This document shows, in pieces, positions 10,128 to 18,433 of a stretch of DNA of 64,000 nucleotides. How positions within the stretch are numbered: the stretch's first letter is position 1; each line of letters starts with the position of its first letter. This DNA comes from Treponemataceae bacterium (lineage in GTDB: Bacteria; Spirochaetota; Spirochaetia; Treponematales; Rectinemataceae), in the NCBI GenBank assembly GCA_963678065.2, contig CAXXVZ010000003.1:640001-704000 (forward strand), given 5' to 3'. Made by a program: the position numbers and the translations under genes. A model generated the notes under the pieces. The model was not told the DNA's origin and did not search any database. It saw nothing but the letters and a program-made list of their open reading frames with translations.

Positions 10128-11836
10128 ATACGGAGTGCCTGCGGAAAATCCTTCCGGTCCTGTTCGCGACCTGCGCCCTATTCGCTGCGCAAGGCAGCCT
10201 CGGGGCGCTCGACACTTCACCAGTTTCGAGCGATATCACCATCGTCCTCGATCCGCGACTGGAAGCAACGATCACCCAGAGAGTCGAGTGGAAGGCTTCG
10301 GGCGGAAGCATGCATGGATTCTATTTCCAGGGCGAGCCCTTCGAACCCTCCTTCGATTCTTCCCTCTCGTATGCCGACATTCCGGGGGGGACACGACTCG
10401 GCCTCGACATAAAGAATCTCGGTAACGGGAAATACGACGTTCTCCTCGCAGGCGGCGCGGCCTTCTCGGGCACAGCCTTCTACACGCTCTCCTACAAAGC
10501 CCCGTTCGGGAAAGCCGGCCTCGTCGGCTCGACAAAGTCAGGGGAGGGCAAGGACCTCGTCTACTTCGACTATGGCCCCGTGCTCTGGGATTCCCCCCTG
10601 AAATCGCGCACAGTGCGGCTTGTCCTGCCGAGACGCGTCCAGGGCGGCACACTCTCCACCGAGGAGAAGAAAGCCATCCCCGTCCTGACGGAGGCCTCGG
10701 TCAACGAGGAAAATCGAATCGACTGGTACGGAAGCGCAGGCACGGGCGGATCATGGTGGCTCACCGGCCTCTTCTTCCAGGAAAACCTTCCAGCCCGAAA
10801 GACACAGAGGCTCAGACTCTATTTTCCCGCCGACTATCTCGAAATCCAACCTGAAGCCCTCGCCTCGGCAGGGGCTGGCTCCAAACCGCTCATTGGCGGA
10901 AACGGCGACGGAACCGTTGGGGATAGCACAAGAAGTCCACAAAGCGAAGCAGGGGGACCTCGGATAGTGCGTCCCGGTGATCGCTTCATCCCCGTCGTTC
11001 TTGCGGGCGCCTCGCTCGCGGCGGCCGGACTCTTCCTCTACACCCGTCGACTCAAATCCTTTCGTAAAAAGAAAGAGCTTGCAAAGACGATTTCCTGGGC
11101 CGGAGACGCATGGTCTCCCCCCCGCATCCTCGCCGGCAGCTACCAGATTCCCGGTAAAGTGGCGGAAAAGCTCCATCCGGTCGAGGTCGCCATCCTGATG
11201 GAGCTTCCCATGCCGCGGGTCGTGGCAATCATGCTGGAGGGCCTATCCCGCCAGGGCATCGCCGAAGTCATCAGCAGGGATCCACTGCAGATCAGAATTC
11301 TCGGCACAAAAAAGGCAGAAGCGGGTTTCGAGGAAGATTTCCTCGCGGCCTTCGACTCCGAAGGTCGCGTCCTCTCAGGGCTGCTCGCCGATTTTTTCGA
11401 AAAAACCATCGCAGGGCTCCAGGAGAAGACCTGGGATTGCGATCTGGAGGCCACGAAGGCGTATTACCGCGCCCTCATTTCGGATCTCGAGGAAAAAGAG
11501 CGGGCCACATCCGAAACGGAGCGGGAAAGTTTCATGGAGGGGCGCCGGAGCATCCCCTATTACCACTACTGGATGGGGTATTACATGCTTGGCCGCCACG
11601 ACAGCTACGCGGACATGCGCCTTCCCGATGGTTTCTCGGGCGGATACGGGGCCTTCATGAAGAGCGCCGCCTGTTTCTCGGGATGTTTCGCGGCCCCCGG
11701 TGGAACAGTGGATGCCTGCTACTCGGCCTGCCACAATGCCTGTCATGACGCGTGCCACTCCGCCTGTCATTCCGCCTGCCATTCGGCCTGTCACTCCGCC
11801 TGTCACTCGGCCTGCGTGTCCGGAGGCGGTCATTGA
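10124..11836 (+). CDS. Membrane-anchored protein (DUF2207-like layout) with C-terminal Cys-His repeat; putative radical SAM target
   Basis: Signal peptide, beta-rich ectodomain, TM FIPVVLAGASLAAAGLFLY followed by basic residues, and C-terminus ACYSACHNACHDACHSACHSACHSACHSACHSACVSGGGH. Confidence 0.8.
   Translation: MNTECLRKILPVLFATCALFAAQGSLGALDTSPVSSDITIVLDPRLEATITQRVEWKASGGSMHGFYFQGEPFEPSFDSSLSYADIPGGTRLGLDIKNLGNGKYDVLLAGGAAFSGTAFYTLSYKAPFGKAGLVGSTKSGEGKDLVYFDYGPVLWDSPLKSRTVRLVLPRRVQGGTLSTEEKKAIPVLTEASVNEENRIDWYGSAGTGGSWWLTGLFFQENLPARKTQRLRLYFPADYLEIQPEALASAGAGSKPLIGGNGDGTVGDSTRSPQSEAGGPRIVRPGDRFIPVVLAGASLAAAGLFLYTRRLKSFRKKKELAKTISWAGDAWSPPRILAGSYQIPGKVAEKLHPVEVAILMELPMPRVVAIMLEGLSRQGIAEVISRDPLQIRILGTKKAEAGFEEDFLAAFDSEGRVLSGLLADFFEKTIAGLQEKTWDCDLEATKAYYRALISDLEEKERATSETERESFMEGRRSIPYYHYWMGYYMLGRHDSYADMRLPDGFSGGYGAFMKSAACFSGCFAAPGGTVDACYSACHNACHDACHSACHSACHSACHSACHSACVSGGGH
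11714..11815 (+). repeat. 12-nt in-frame coding repeat, A-C-[Y/H]-x units with 9 Cys
   Basis: Cys codons every 12 nt from 11717 to 11813. The five CHSA units each use a different synonymous codon combination. Confidence 0.95.
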
Positions 11837-13248
11837 AGCTGGGCATGTTCCGCGTGAAAAATCCTGCGGCAAAGGCGGTTTCCTCCAGTGGGCGTGAAGA
11901 AGCGGATACCCTCGACGGACTCGAGGAGTACTACCGATCCATCCGCCCCTGGCTCCTGCCGAGGGAGGAAGACTCCACCCTCATCGTGCCGCCCAATCTC
12001 GTTTTCAAACTCGCGGGTTCAGCCTTCCCCCTCTTCTCCTGGCTCGATCGGGGAGGAAGGCTCCGCGATCTGCCCGGAATGGATTATGAGAAACGGGCCG
12101 ATCTCGAGGCCTTCTTCGGGGAGCTGCGTGCAGCCTACGAAGGCCGGGCTCCAGAGGGCTCGCGCGGATTCGGCAGAACTCCCTATGATTTCTCCTTCAC
12201 GGGCCTTCCCGTCCTTGGCGAACTCGCCCTGACATACCGCTGCAACGAGCGGTGTCGCTTCTGTTACGCCGCTTGCGGCGATGTCGCTTGCGGCGATACC
12301 CCCTCTCATCGCCCGGCCGGAGGAAGCACGGCCCAGAGTCCTGAGCGCGGGGAACTTTCCACGGAAGAGGCGAAGCGCGTCATCGAGATATTCAGGAACG
12401 AGGCCAAGATTCCCTTCTTTTCCTTCACAGGCGGCGAGCCACTTCTGCGCCAGGATCTCGAGGAGCTCGCGGACTATGCCCGAACTCTCGGACTCAGGAC
12501 AAACCTCATCACCAACGGGAGCCTCGCAAGTCCCGAGCGCGCTGCCTCCCTGTGGGCTTCGGGAATCGATACCGCCCAGGTCAGCCTCGAGAGTCCCGAC
12601 CCGGAACTCCACGACAATCTCTGCGGCTGCCGGGGCGCCTGGGAGAGGACAGTGGCCGGCATCAAAGCGCTCAAAGGGGCCGGCATCGCCGTCCAGACCA
12701 ACAGCACCCTCACGGCCCTCAACAGGGAGAGTCTTGCCTGCATGCCTGATTTCCTTGCAGGACTCGGAGTTTCCCGTTTTTCCATGAACCTCTTCATTCC
12801 CTCGGGGCGGGGGATAGACGACGGAGAACTCCTTGTCCGATATGCTGATACGGGAGATTTCGTCGAAGGGATACGAAAGAGGGCGAAGGCGGCCGGCCTC
12901 ACATTTTTCTGGTACAGCCCGACGCCGTACTGCATCTACAATCCTGTCGCGAAAGGGCTCGGCAACAAATCTTGCGCTGCCATGGACGGGCTCATCCATG
13001 TGAACCCCTACGGCGAGATCCTGCCTTGCTCATCCTGGCCCGAGAGCGTCGGAGACATACTCGTCGGGTCCTTCCGCGAAATCTGGTTCTCGGAGCGGGC
13101 GCGGTTTTTCAAACAGAAGCATTTCGCCCCCGTCGCCTGCGAAGGCTGTGGGAGCTTCGTCGCCTGCCAGGGGGCCTGTCCCCTCTATTTCAGAGTACTC
13201 GGAGAAACGGAAATCGAGCATGCCCGGGGAGGATTCCATGGAAAATGA
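11833..13248 (+). CDS. Radical SAM/SPASM-domain maturase with N-terminal PqqD/RRE-like region
   Basis: CNERCRFC (CxxxCxxC), FTGGEPLL, LITNG and QVSLES. SPASM motifs SCAAMDGLIHVNPYGEILPC and CEGCGSFVACQGACP. Likely TTG start 11833 overlapping the upstream TGA with GGAGG at 11822; alternative ATG 11845. Confidence 0.93.
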   Translation: MKLGMFRVKNPAAKAVSSSGREEADTLDGLEEYYRSIRPWLLPREEDSTLIVPPNLVFKLAGSAFPLFSWLDRGGRLRDLPGMDYEKRADLEAFFGELRAAYEGRAPEGSRGFGRTPYDFSFTGLPVLGELALTYRCNERCRFCYAACGDVACGDTPSHRPAGGSTAQSPERGELSTEEAKRVIEIFRNEAKIPFFSFTGGEPLLRQDLEELADYARTLGLRTNLITNGSLASPERAASLWASGIDTAQVSLESPDPELHDNLCGCRGAWERTVAGIKALKGAGIAVQTNSTLTALNRESLACMPDFLAGLGVSRFSMNLFIPSGRGIDDGELLVRYADTGDFVEGIRKRAKAAGLTFFWYSPTPYCIYNPVAKGLGNKSCAAMDGLIHVNPYGEILPCSSWPESVGDILVGSFREIWFSERARFFKQKHFAPVACEGCGSFVACQGACPLYFRVLGETEIEHARGGFHGK

Positions 13249-14149
13249 TTTCAGGTTCTTCAGACTGGACACAGGAGCGAGGCTGGCGCTGGCCGGCTCG
13301 CTCTTCCTCGCCGGAGTGGCTGTCGGAATAGCCTCGGACAACCTCGTCGCCCCGGCCTTCGTCCTGTCCGCTGTGGGCTGGACCCCCCTCATGCTGAAGA
13401 AGATCACGAACAGACCCGACGATCAGGGGCTTGAGGAGTGGAGGGCCGTCTCGATGGCCGAAGTGGATAGGCTCGATGACGCGATGCGCGCGACCACGAA
13501 GACTATGGCCAAGAGCGGCGAAATCCTGATCAAGGTCTTCGGAACCTTCATCCTCGCCCTCATTCTCTTCGCGGCGATGGCGGGCTTCGTCGCGGGGAGG
13601 CGGGACATCGGATTTGTCCTCGCGGAAGCAGGAATATTTCTCGTTCCGGCCCTGCTGTTCGGGAGACTCGTCCTGCACAAGCCGAAGGAAATCGCCTTCA
13701 AAATGCCCTCGTTCCGCGCACTTTTGGGAGAAAGCATCCCCGCGAAAGTCACGGTCACACCGTATATTCGCTTCGACAAGGACTCGAAGGGCGCAGACGT
13801 GCCTGAAGATCTCCGGGTGATGTACGAAACGAAGCGCGGTCCCGCAGATTTTGTCGGCATCCAGGTACAGTGCGCGAAGAACAAGGGTCCAAACGGCGAA
13901 GTGCCTTATCTCTACGCAGTCATTCTGACAAAGGGTCGCTCGGGAGCGACATACCGGCAGGCCTCGAACCTCGAATCTCCGGGTTTCGTCGTGGAGACGG
14001 GCGGCGACGAAGAGTATGGCACCGTCGTCATACGCCAGGCGACTGAGGGTAAAGGCTACCACACGACAACATCCGACTGCGCGAAGCTGGGGCGGCTCTG
14101 TGGTCAGATTGCCGCCAGATTCGCCGCCGACCTTTCCCCCGATGCCTGA
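13238..14149 (+). CDS. Hypothetical membrane protein (about 4 TM plus soluble C-terminal domain); gene 4 of the radical SAM operon
   Basis: GGAGG before ATG 13238, overlapping the radical SAM stop at 13248. Four hydrophobic segments. Confidence 0.75.
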   Translation: MENDFRFFRLDTGARLALAGSLFLAGVAVGIASDNLVAPAFVLSAVGWTPLMLKKITNRPDDQGLEEWRAVSMAEVDRLDDAMRATTKTMAKSGEILIKVFGTFILALILFAAMAGFVAGRRDIGFVLAEAGIFLVPALLFGRLVLHKPKEIAFKMPSFRALLGESIPAKVTVTPYIRFDKDSKGADVPEDLRVMYETKRGPADFVGIQVQCAKNKGPNGEVPYLYAVILTKGRSGATYRQASNLESPGFVVETGGDEEYGTVVIRQATEGKGYHTTTSDCAKLGRLCGQIAARFAADLSPDA

Positions 14150-14186
14150 TTTCCTGTAGTCCTGATTAGGGGGGTGACCGCAGGCC

Positions 14187-15350
14187 TCAAGCCCAGCGGG
14201 AAAGGATCTGCCGGTAGCGCGACGCCACTTCTTCGATGACGTTTTCCCAGGATCTGCAGAGCGTGCGACGTGCCTGGGAGCCGGCTTCGGCGCGGAGTCC
14301 CGCATCGTTCAGAATGTCGATGATGCGCGCGGAGTATGCCTCTGTGTCGTTTTCCGCGAGGAATCCGTTTTCTCCGTCCCTGATCACCTCCGAGGCGGTG
14401 GAACCCTGTATGAGAAGGGCCGGCGTCCGGAAGGCGGCCGCCTCCCTGACCACGAGCGGCGCGTTGTCGTAGAGAGAAGGGAAGAGGAAGAGGTCGCCCC
14501 TGGCGTAGATCTGCTTGAGTATCTCCCTGTCGTAGACGACATCGTGGAAAAGTACCCGTTCCCTTATTCCGAGCTCGGTGCATATCTCCATGAGTCGCTC
14601 TTTCGCGTAGCCCTGACCAACGAATACCATCCGGAAATCGCGGATGGCCGAGGCGACCGCGGGCAGGGACCGGACGAGGAATTCCAGGTTTTTTTCGAGT
14701 ATGTGCTGGCCGACATAAAGTCCCACGGGTATCCCTTCCGGAAGTCCCAAAAGCCGGGCTCCCTTTTCCCGGAAAGGGGCGGGATCCTCCGGGGGAACTA
14801 TGTCGATGCCGTTCTCCACGACATCGTAAGGACCCTTGTACCCGTACAGGCGAAGCGTCTTCGCGACGGCTTCCTGAGGCACCCAGACATGGTCGACATG
14901 GTAATAATAGTCGACAATGCGTTTTATCTGGTCATCGACGATGTATTTGACGGGCATCGCGCGCAGAAGGTCATCCCGGTACTTGGAGTGAAAGGTTGTG
15001 ATGATTGGTATCCCTTTCTCTCTCGCTGTCCGGAGGGCGATGAGCCCCGCGCCGAAGGGCGAGTGGGAATGGACAAGATTGAGATCGCGTTTGCGGAGCA
15101 CGAGCTGAAGATTGAGGTCAAGGTCGGGCAAACCGATGCGGTATGGAGGTCGAACTATCGTCGGCACCGAGAGGAAGCGTATAACGGGGAAGCTCTCGCT
15201 GTCGATTGTGTTGGGAGCCGAGGGAGTGACGACGCAGGCCGGTCCGGATTTTCTGTTGAGCCAGTAGGCGTAATTCCTGACAGTGATAGTGACGCCATCC
15301 ATGATGGGGACATAGCCATCGCAGAACAGTCCGACAGAAATCTCTTTCAT
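14187..15350 (-). CDS. Glycosyltransferase family 4 (diacylglycerol glucosyltransferase-like)
   Basis: DGYVPIMDGV, HSHSPF, TTFHSKY, EKNLEFL and FPSLYDNAPLVVREA motifs. Confidence 0.9.
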   Translation of the reverse strand: MKEISVGLFCDGYVPIMDGVTITVRNYAYWLNRKSGPACVVTPSAPNTIDSESFPVIRFLSVPTIVRPPYRIGLPDLDLNLQLVLRKRDLNLVHSHSPFGAGLIALRTAREKGIPIITTFHSKYRDDLLRAMPVKYIVDDQIKRIVDYYYHVDHVWVPQEAVAKTLRLYGYKGPYDVVENGIDIVPPEDPAPFREKGARLLGLPEGIPVGLYVGQHILEKNLEFLVRSLPAVASAIRDFRMVFVGQGYAKERLMEICTELGIRERVLFHDVVYDREILKQIYARGDLFLFPSLYDNAPLVVREAAAFRTPALLIQGSTASEVIRDGENGFLAENDTEAYSARIIDILNDAGLRAEAGSQARRTLCRSWENVIEEVASRYRQILSRWA

Positions 15351-15485
15351 CTGTTAAGATATAATAAATAAAATGAACAAGGTCAACGGGAGGCCGGAGC
15401 CTGGATGACGCCGGAAGCAGCCTTGCCACGAAGGATCGCTGATGGTATACTCTTTCCCATCAAACTTATTTTCAGAGGTAAATCC

Positions 15486-15656
15486 ATGGCACATAAGATC
15501 ACCGATGCGTGCGTAAACTGCGGAGCTTGCGAGGGCGAGTGCCCCACCGGCGCAATCAGCGAGAAGAACGGCGCTCGCTGGATCGATCCCGGCACCTGCG
15601 TGGACTGCGGCGCCTGTGTTTCCGCCTGCCCCACCGAAGCCATCGTCGCCCCCTGA
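15486..15656 (+). CDS. 2[4Fe-4S] clostridial-type ferredoxin
   Basis: GAGG before ATG 15486. Two CxxCxxCxxxCP motifs in 56 aa. Confidence 0.95.
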   Translation: MAHKITDACVNCGACEGECPTGAISEKNGARWIDPGTCVDCGACVSACPTEAIVAP

Positions 15657-15683
15657 CACACCGTCCCGACAGCGATCCGCTGC

Positions 15684-15716
15684 AAGATCCGGCCCCTTCG
15701 GCCGGGTCTTTTTTTT
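15684..15716 (+). terminator. Rho-independent terminator after ferredoxin
   Basis: AAGATCCGGCC..GGCCGGGTCTT hairpin followed by a T-run. Confidence 0.85.
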
Positions 15717-15796
15717 GTCACAATGACTTCCCATTCGCGTAAATATCGTCACAAGATGAAAATAAGGCCTCAAGCACAAAAAAATCCGAGACAGTA

Positions 15797-15825
15797 TTGA
15801 CAGGGCAGGGAGCCTGACATATTCT
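15797..15825 (+). promoter_or_regulatory. Sigma70-type promoter
   Basis: TTGACA-17 bp-TATTCT, about 30 bp upstream of the deacetylase start. Confidence 0.75.
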
Positions 15826-15856
15826 ATTTATTAGTAGTAAAAGTGGGAGCTCTAAA

Positions 15857-16843
15857 TTGAAAAAAACAATCTTTTCCGGAAAGTTGTCGTTTTTTCTTCT
15901 TGCATCCCTTGCCCTCGTTTCCTGCGGACAATTTTTTTCCGTGCCCGAAACAAAGCCATCCACAGAGGTTGGCACGGGTGAGGACCCTATCGTTCCGGGC
16001 AGCGGCGATCTCGCCTTCGAGAACAGCCTTCTCGAGAGTGATCTTTCGACACCTTCGTATTCCGAAGCTCCGAGGGCTCTCTCAGCTTCCTCCTCCAAGG
16101 TTCTGATCCTTATGTATCACCACCTCATAAACGCAGGTACTCCCGAGGAATACGACAGGACGGTCGCCGATTTCCGCAACGATATGAGCTACCTGCGGAG
16201 CAAGGGAATCGTCGTAATTGACTTTGACGACCTTCTCGCGATTCAGGCAGGAACGATGCTTCCGCCCGCAGAAAGGCTCGCCATCATCAGTTTTGACGAC
16301 GGCTACGCCTCTATGTACAAGTATGCCTTCCCCATACTCAAGGAATTCGCTTACAAGGCTACTTTTTTCCTCATCACTTCCTATGTCGCCAATCCCTCCG
16401 GGAATCTGGACGAATCCGGCAAACCTTACTTCCTCCGCTGGAAGGAAGTGAAGGAAATGTCTGCCTATAGGGATCCCGCGACGGGGAGTCGCCTCTTCAC
16501 CATGGGTTCGCACACTGTCGACCATCCCTTCCTCCAGGACCGGGCCTCGAGCTTTGCGACACGAAATGCATACCTGCAATGGCTCAACAAGGAACTGAAC
16601 CAGTCCAAGGCCGCAATCGAGAGGAATGTGAGTCAAGGCGCCATGTTCCTGGCTCTGCCCTACGGTGACGGGTACGGAAACTCAGACATCATCGCCGCAG
16701 CCAAGCGCTTTAACTACAAAGGTATCCGGACTTCCAAATGGGGATCGTTCAGCCCCGCCGACGTGGATAACTTCAAGCTCAAGAGCCTGCCGATATTGGG
16801 CGACACCGATATCGCCTACGTGGATACAGCGTTCACCTACTGA
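15857..16843 (+). CDS. Polysaccharide deacetylase (CE4/NodB) lipoprotein
   Basis: Lipobox LVSC. LMYHH, ISFDDG, GSHTVDH and ALPYG motifs. Confidence 0.9.
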   Translation: MKKTIFSGKLSFFLLASLALVSCGQFFSVPETKPSTEVGTGEDPIVPGSGDLAFENSLLESDLSTPSYSEAPRALSASSSKVLILMYHHLINAGTPEEYDRTVADFRNDMSYLRSKGIVVIDFDDLLAIQAGTMLPPAERLAIISFDDGYASMYKYAFPILKEFAYKATFFLITSYVANPSGNLDESGKPYFLRWKEVKEMSAYRDPATGSRLFTMGSHTVDHPFLQDRASSFATRNAYLQWLNKELNQSKAAIERNVSQGAMFLALPYGDGYGNSDIIAAAKRFNYKGIRTSKWGSFSPADVDNFKLKSLPILGDTDIAYVDTAFTY

Positions 16844-16872
16844 GAACCCCGCTTTGCGGTGGTGCAAAGACC

Positions 16873-16908
16873 ATGAAAAAACCGAGCCAGAAGGCCCGGT
16901 TTTTTCAT
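16873..16908. terminator. Bidirectional terminator between convergent genes
   Basis: ATGAAAAAACCGAGCC-AGAA-GGCCCGGTTTTTTCAT, with A and T tracts on both sides. Confidence 0.8.
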
Positions 16909-16942
16909 ATCCGTGGGGAATCAGGACAGGCCGGAGAGACGC

Positions 16943-18433
16943 TCACATACCGAGACGGTACGCGACTTCGTTCCAGCGAATCTCCTTGCGCAACTCCTCC
17001 GGATCGGTCTTCGCGTCGATGAGGAGGAATTCGATTCCCGCCATCTCGGCGTAATCCCTGAGCCACTCCGTCTTGACCGCGCGGGAGTATCCGGTGTGGT
17101 GGGCGCCGCCCGCGATAATCCAGGATTCGGCCGCGCGGGCGAGGTCGGGCTTCGGAGCCCAGAGCACGCGGGCCACAGGCAGCTTCGGCATGGATTTTTC
17201 GACAGACAGGGCTTCGACCTCGTTCACGATCATCCTGAACCGGTTGCCCATGTCGATGATGGTGGCATTGAGCGCCTGACCAGGCTCCCCGGCGAAAACG
17301 AGACGCGCGGGGTCCGCCTTGCCGCCGATGCCGAGGGGATGGACCTCGAGCCTGACTTTGCCCGCAGCGATGCTCGGGCAGACTTCGAGCATGTGAGCCC
17401 CGAGAACCGCTTGCTTGCCGGGCTCGAAATGGTAGGTGTAATCTTCCATGAAAGACGTGCCGCCGGGCAGCCCAGCTGCCATGACCTTCATGGTCCTGAC
17501 GAGGGCGGCCGTCTTCCAGTCTCCCTCGCCGCCGAAGCCGTAGCCTTCGGCCATGAGGCGCTGGACGGCGAGGCCCGGGAGCTGGGGAAGCCCATGGAGA
17601 TCCTGGAAAGTGGTGGTGAAAGCGCAGAATCCGCCACCCGCGAGGAAGCCGCGCATGGCGAGCTCGATCCTGGCCTGTTCGCGAACCCGGACCGCGCCAG
17701 CGCCGGAGAGAGCATCGGAGGCGAGTTCGTAGGTCTCGGCATATTCGCGCACGAGGTTGTCCACATCGGATTCGGCGATCGCCGCGGCCGCGCGGACGAG
17801 ATCGCCCACGCCCCAGCCGTTTACGGACCATCCGAACTTGATCTGGGCTTCGACTTTGTCTCCCTCGGTGACCGCGACTTCGCGCATGTTGTCGCCGAAC
17901 CGGGCGACCTTCATCGTCTTTCCTTCAGCGAAGGCCGAGGCGGCGCGCATCCAGCCCGCTATTCTGTCGACGACCGCGCTTTCGCGCCAGAAGCCGACGA
18001 CGACCTTCCGCGGCAGGCGCATTCTCGCCCCTATGAAGCCGTGTTCGCGGTCTCCGTGCGCCGACTGATTGAGGTTCATGAAGTCCATGTCGATGCTGTC
18101 CCAGGGAATGTCGCGGTTGTACTGAGTGTGGAGGTGGCACAGCGGCTTCGCGAGCTCGGAGAATCCGGCGATCCACATCTTGGAGGGACTGAAGGTGTGC
18201 ATCCAGGTGATGATGCCCGCGCAAGCCGGATCGGAGTTGGCCTTCCTTATGAGATCGAGGATGGCGGCCGGACCTGTGAGGACGGACTTCCAGACGAGTC
18301 GACAGGGAAGCCTCAGAGCCAACTCCGCTACAATGGCAGAGGAATGGGCATCGACCTGTCGGAGAGTTTCGTCTCCGTACAGATGCTGGCTTCCAGTCAC
18401 AAACCAGAATTCATTCTTTGAAATGTCGATCAC
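16943..18433 (-). CDS. araA: L-arabinose isomerase
   Basis: [40 protein letters not shown] and GGAHH motifs. Confidence 0.98.
   Translation of the reverse strand: MIDISKNEFWFVTGSQHLYGDETLRQVDAHSSAIVAELALRLPCRLVWKSVLTGPAAILDLIRKANSDPACAGIITWMHTFSPSKMWIAGFSELAKPLCHLHTQYNRDIPWDSIDMDFMNLNQSAHGDREHGFIGARMRLPRKVVVGFWRESAVVDRIAGWMRAASAFAEGKTMKVARFGDNMREVAVTEGDKVEAQIKFGWSVNGWGVGDLVRAAAAIAESDVDNLVREYAETYELASDALSGAGAVRVREQARIELAMRGFLAGGGFCAFTTTFQDLHGLPQLPGLAVQRLMAEGYGFGGEGDWKTAALVRTMKVMAAGLPGGTSFMEDYTYHFEPGKQAVLGAHMLEVCPSIAAGKVRLEVHPLGIGGKADPARLVFAGEPGQALNATIIDMGNRFRMIVNEVEALSVEKSMPKLPVARVLWAPKPDLARAAESWIIAGGAHHTGYSRAVKTEWLRDYAEMAGIEFLLIDAKTDPEELRKEIRWNEVAYRLGM

Noticed and set aside
11714..11815. Multiheme cytochrome c reading of the CHSACH repeat
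   Set aside because: Spacing is CxxxCH with shared, overlapping Cys rather than discrete CxxCH. The tail is predicted to be cytoplasmic, and no cytochrome c maturation genes are nearby.
11714..11815. CRISPR or VNTR reading of the 12-nt repeat
   Set aside because: There are no spacers or cas genes, and variation among the CHSA units is confined to synonymous positions, so it is a protein repeat.
11834..11836. Selenocysteine read-through of the TGA ending the Cys-rich protein
   Set aside because: The TGA is out of register with the Cys periodicity, overlaps the next gene's likely start, and no convincing SECIS was seen.
15486..15656. Ferredoxin as dedicated electron donor of the radical SAM operon
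   Set aside because: It is separated by an oppositely oriented glycosyltransferase and has its own terminator. Proximity alone is insufficient.
16913..18421. 502-aa + strand ORF; similarly 49060-50907 (-), 60849-62579 (+), 12019-12999 (-) and 13190-14305 (-)
   Set aside because: These are antisense shadows of well-supported genes, expected from GC-rich codon bias. They show no motifs.
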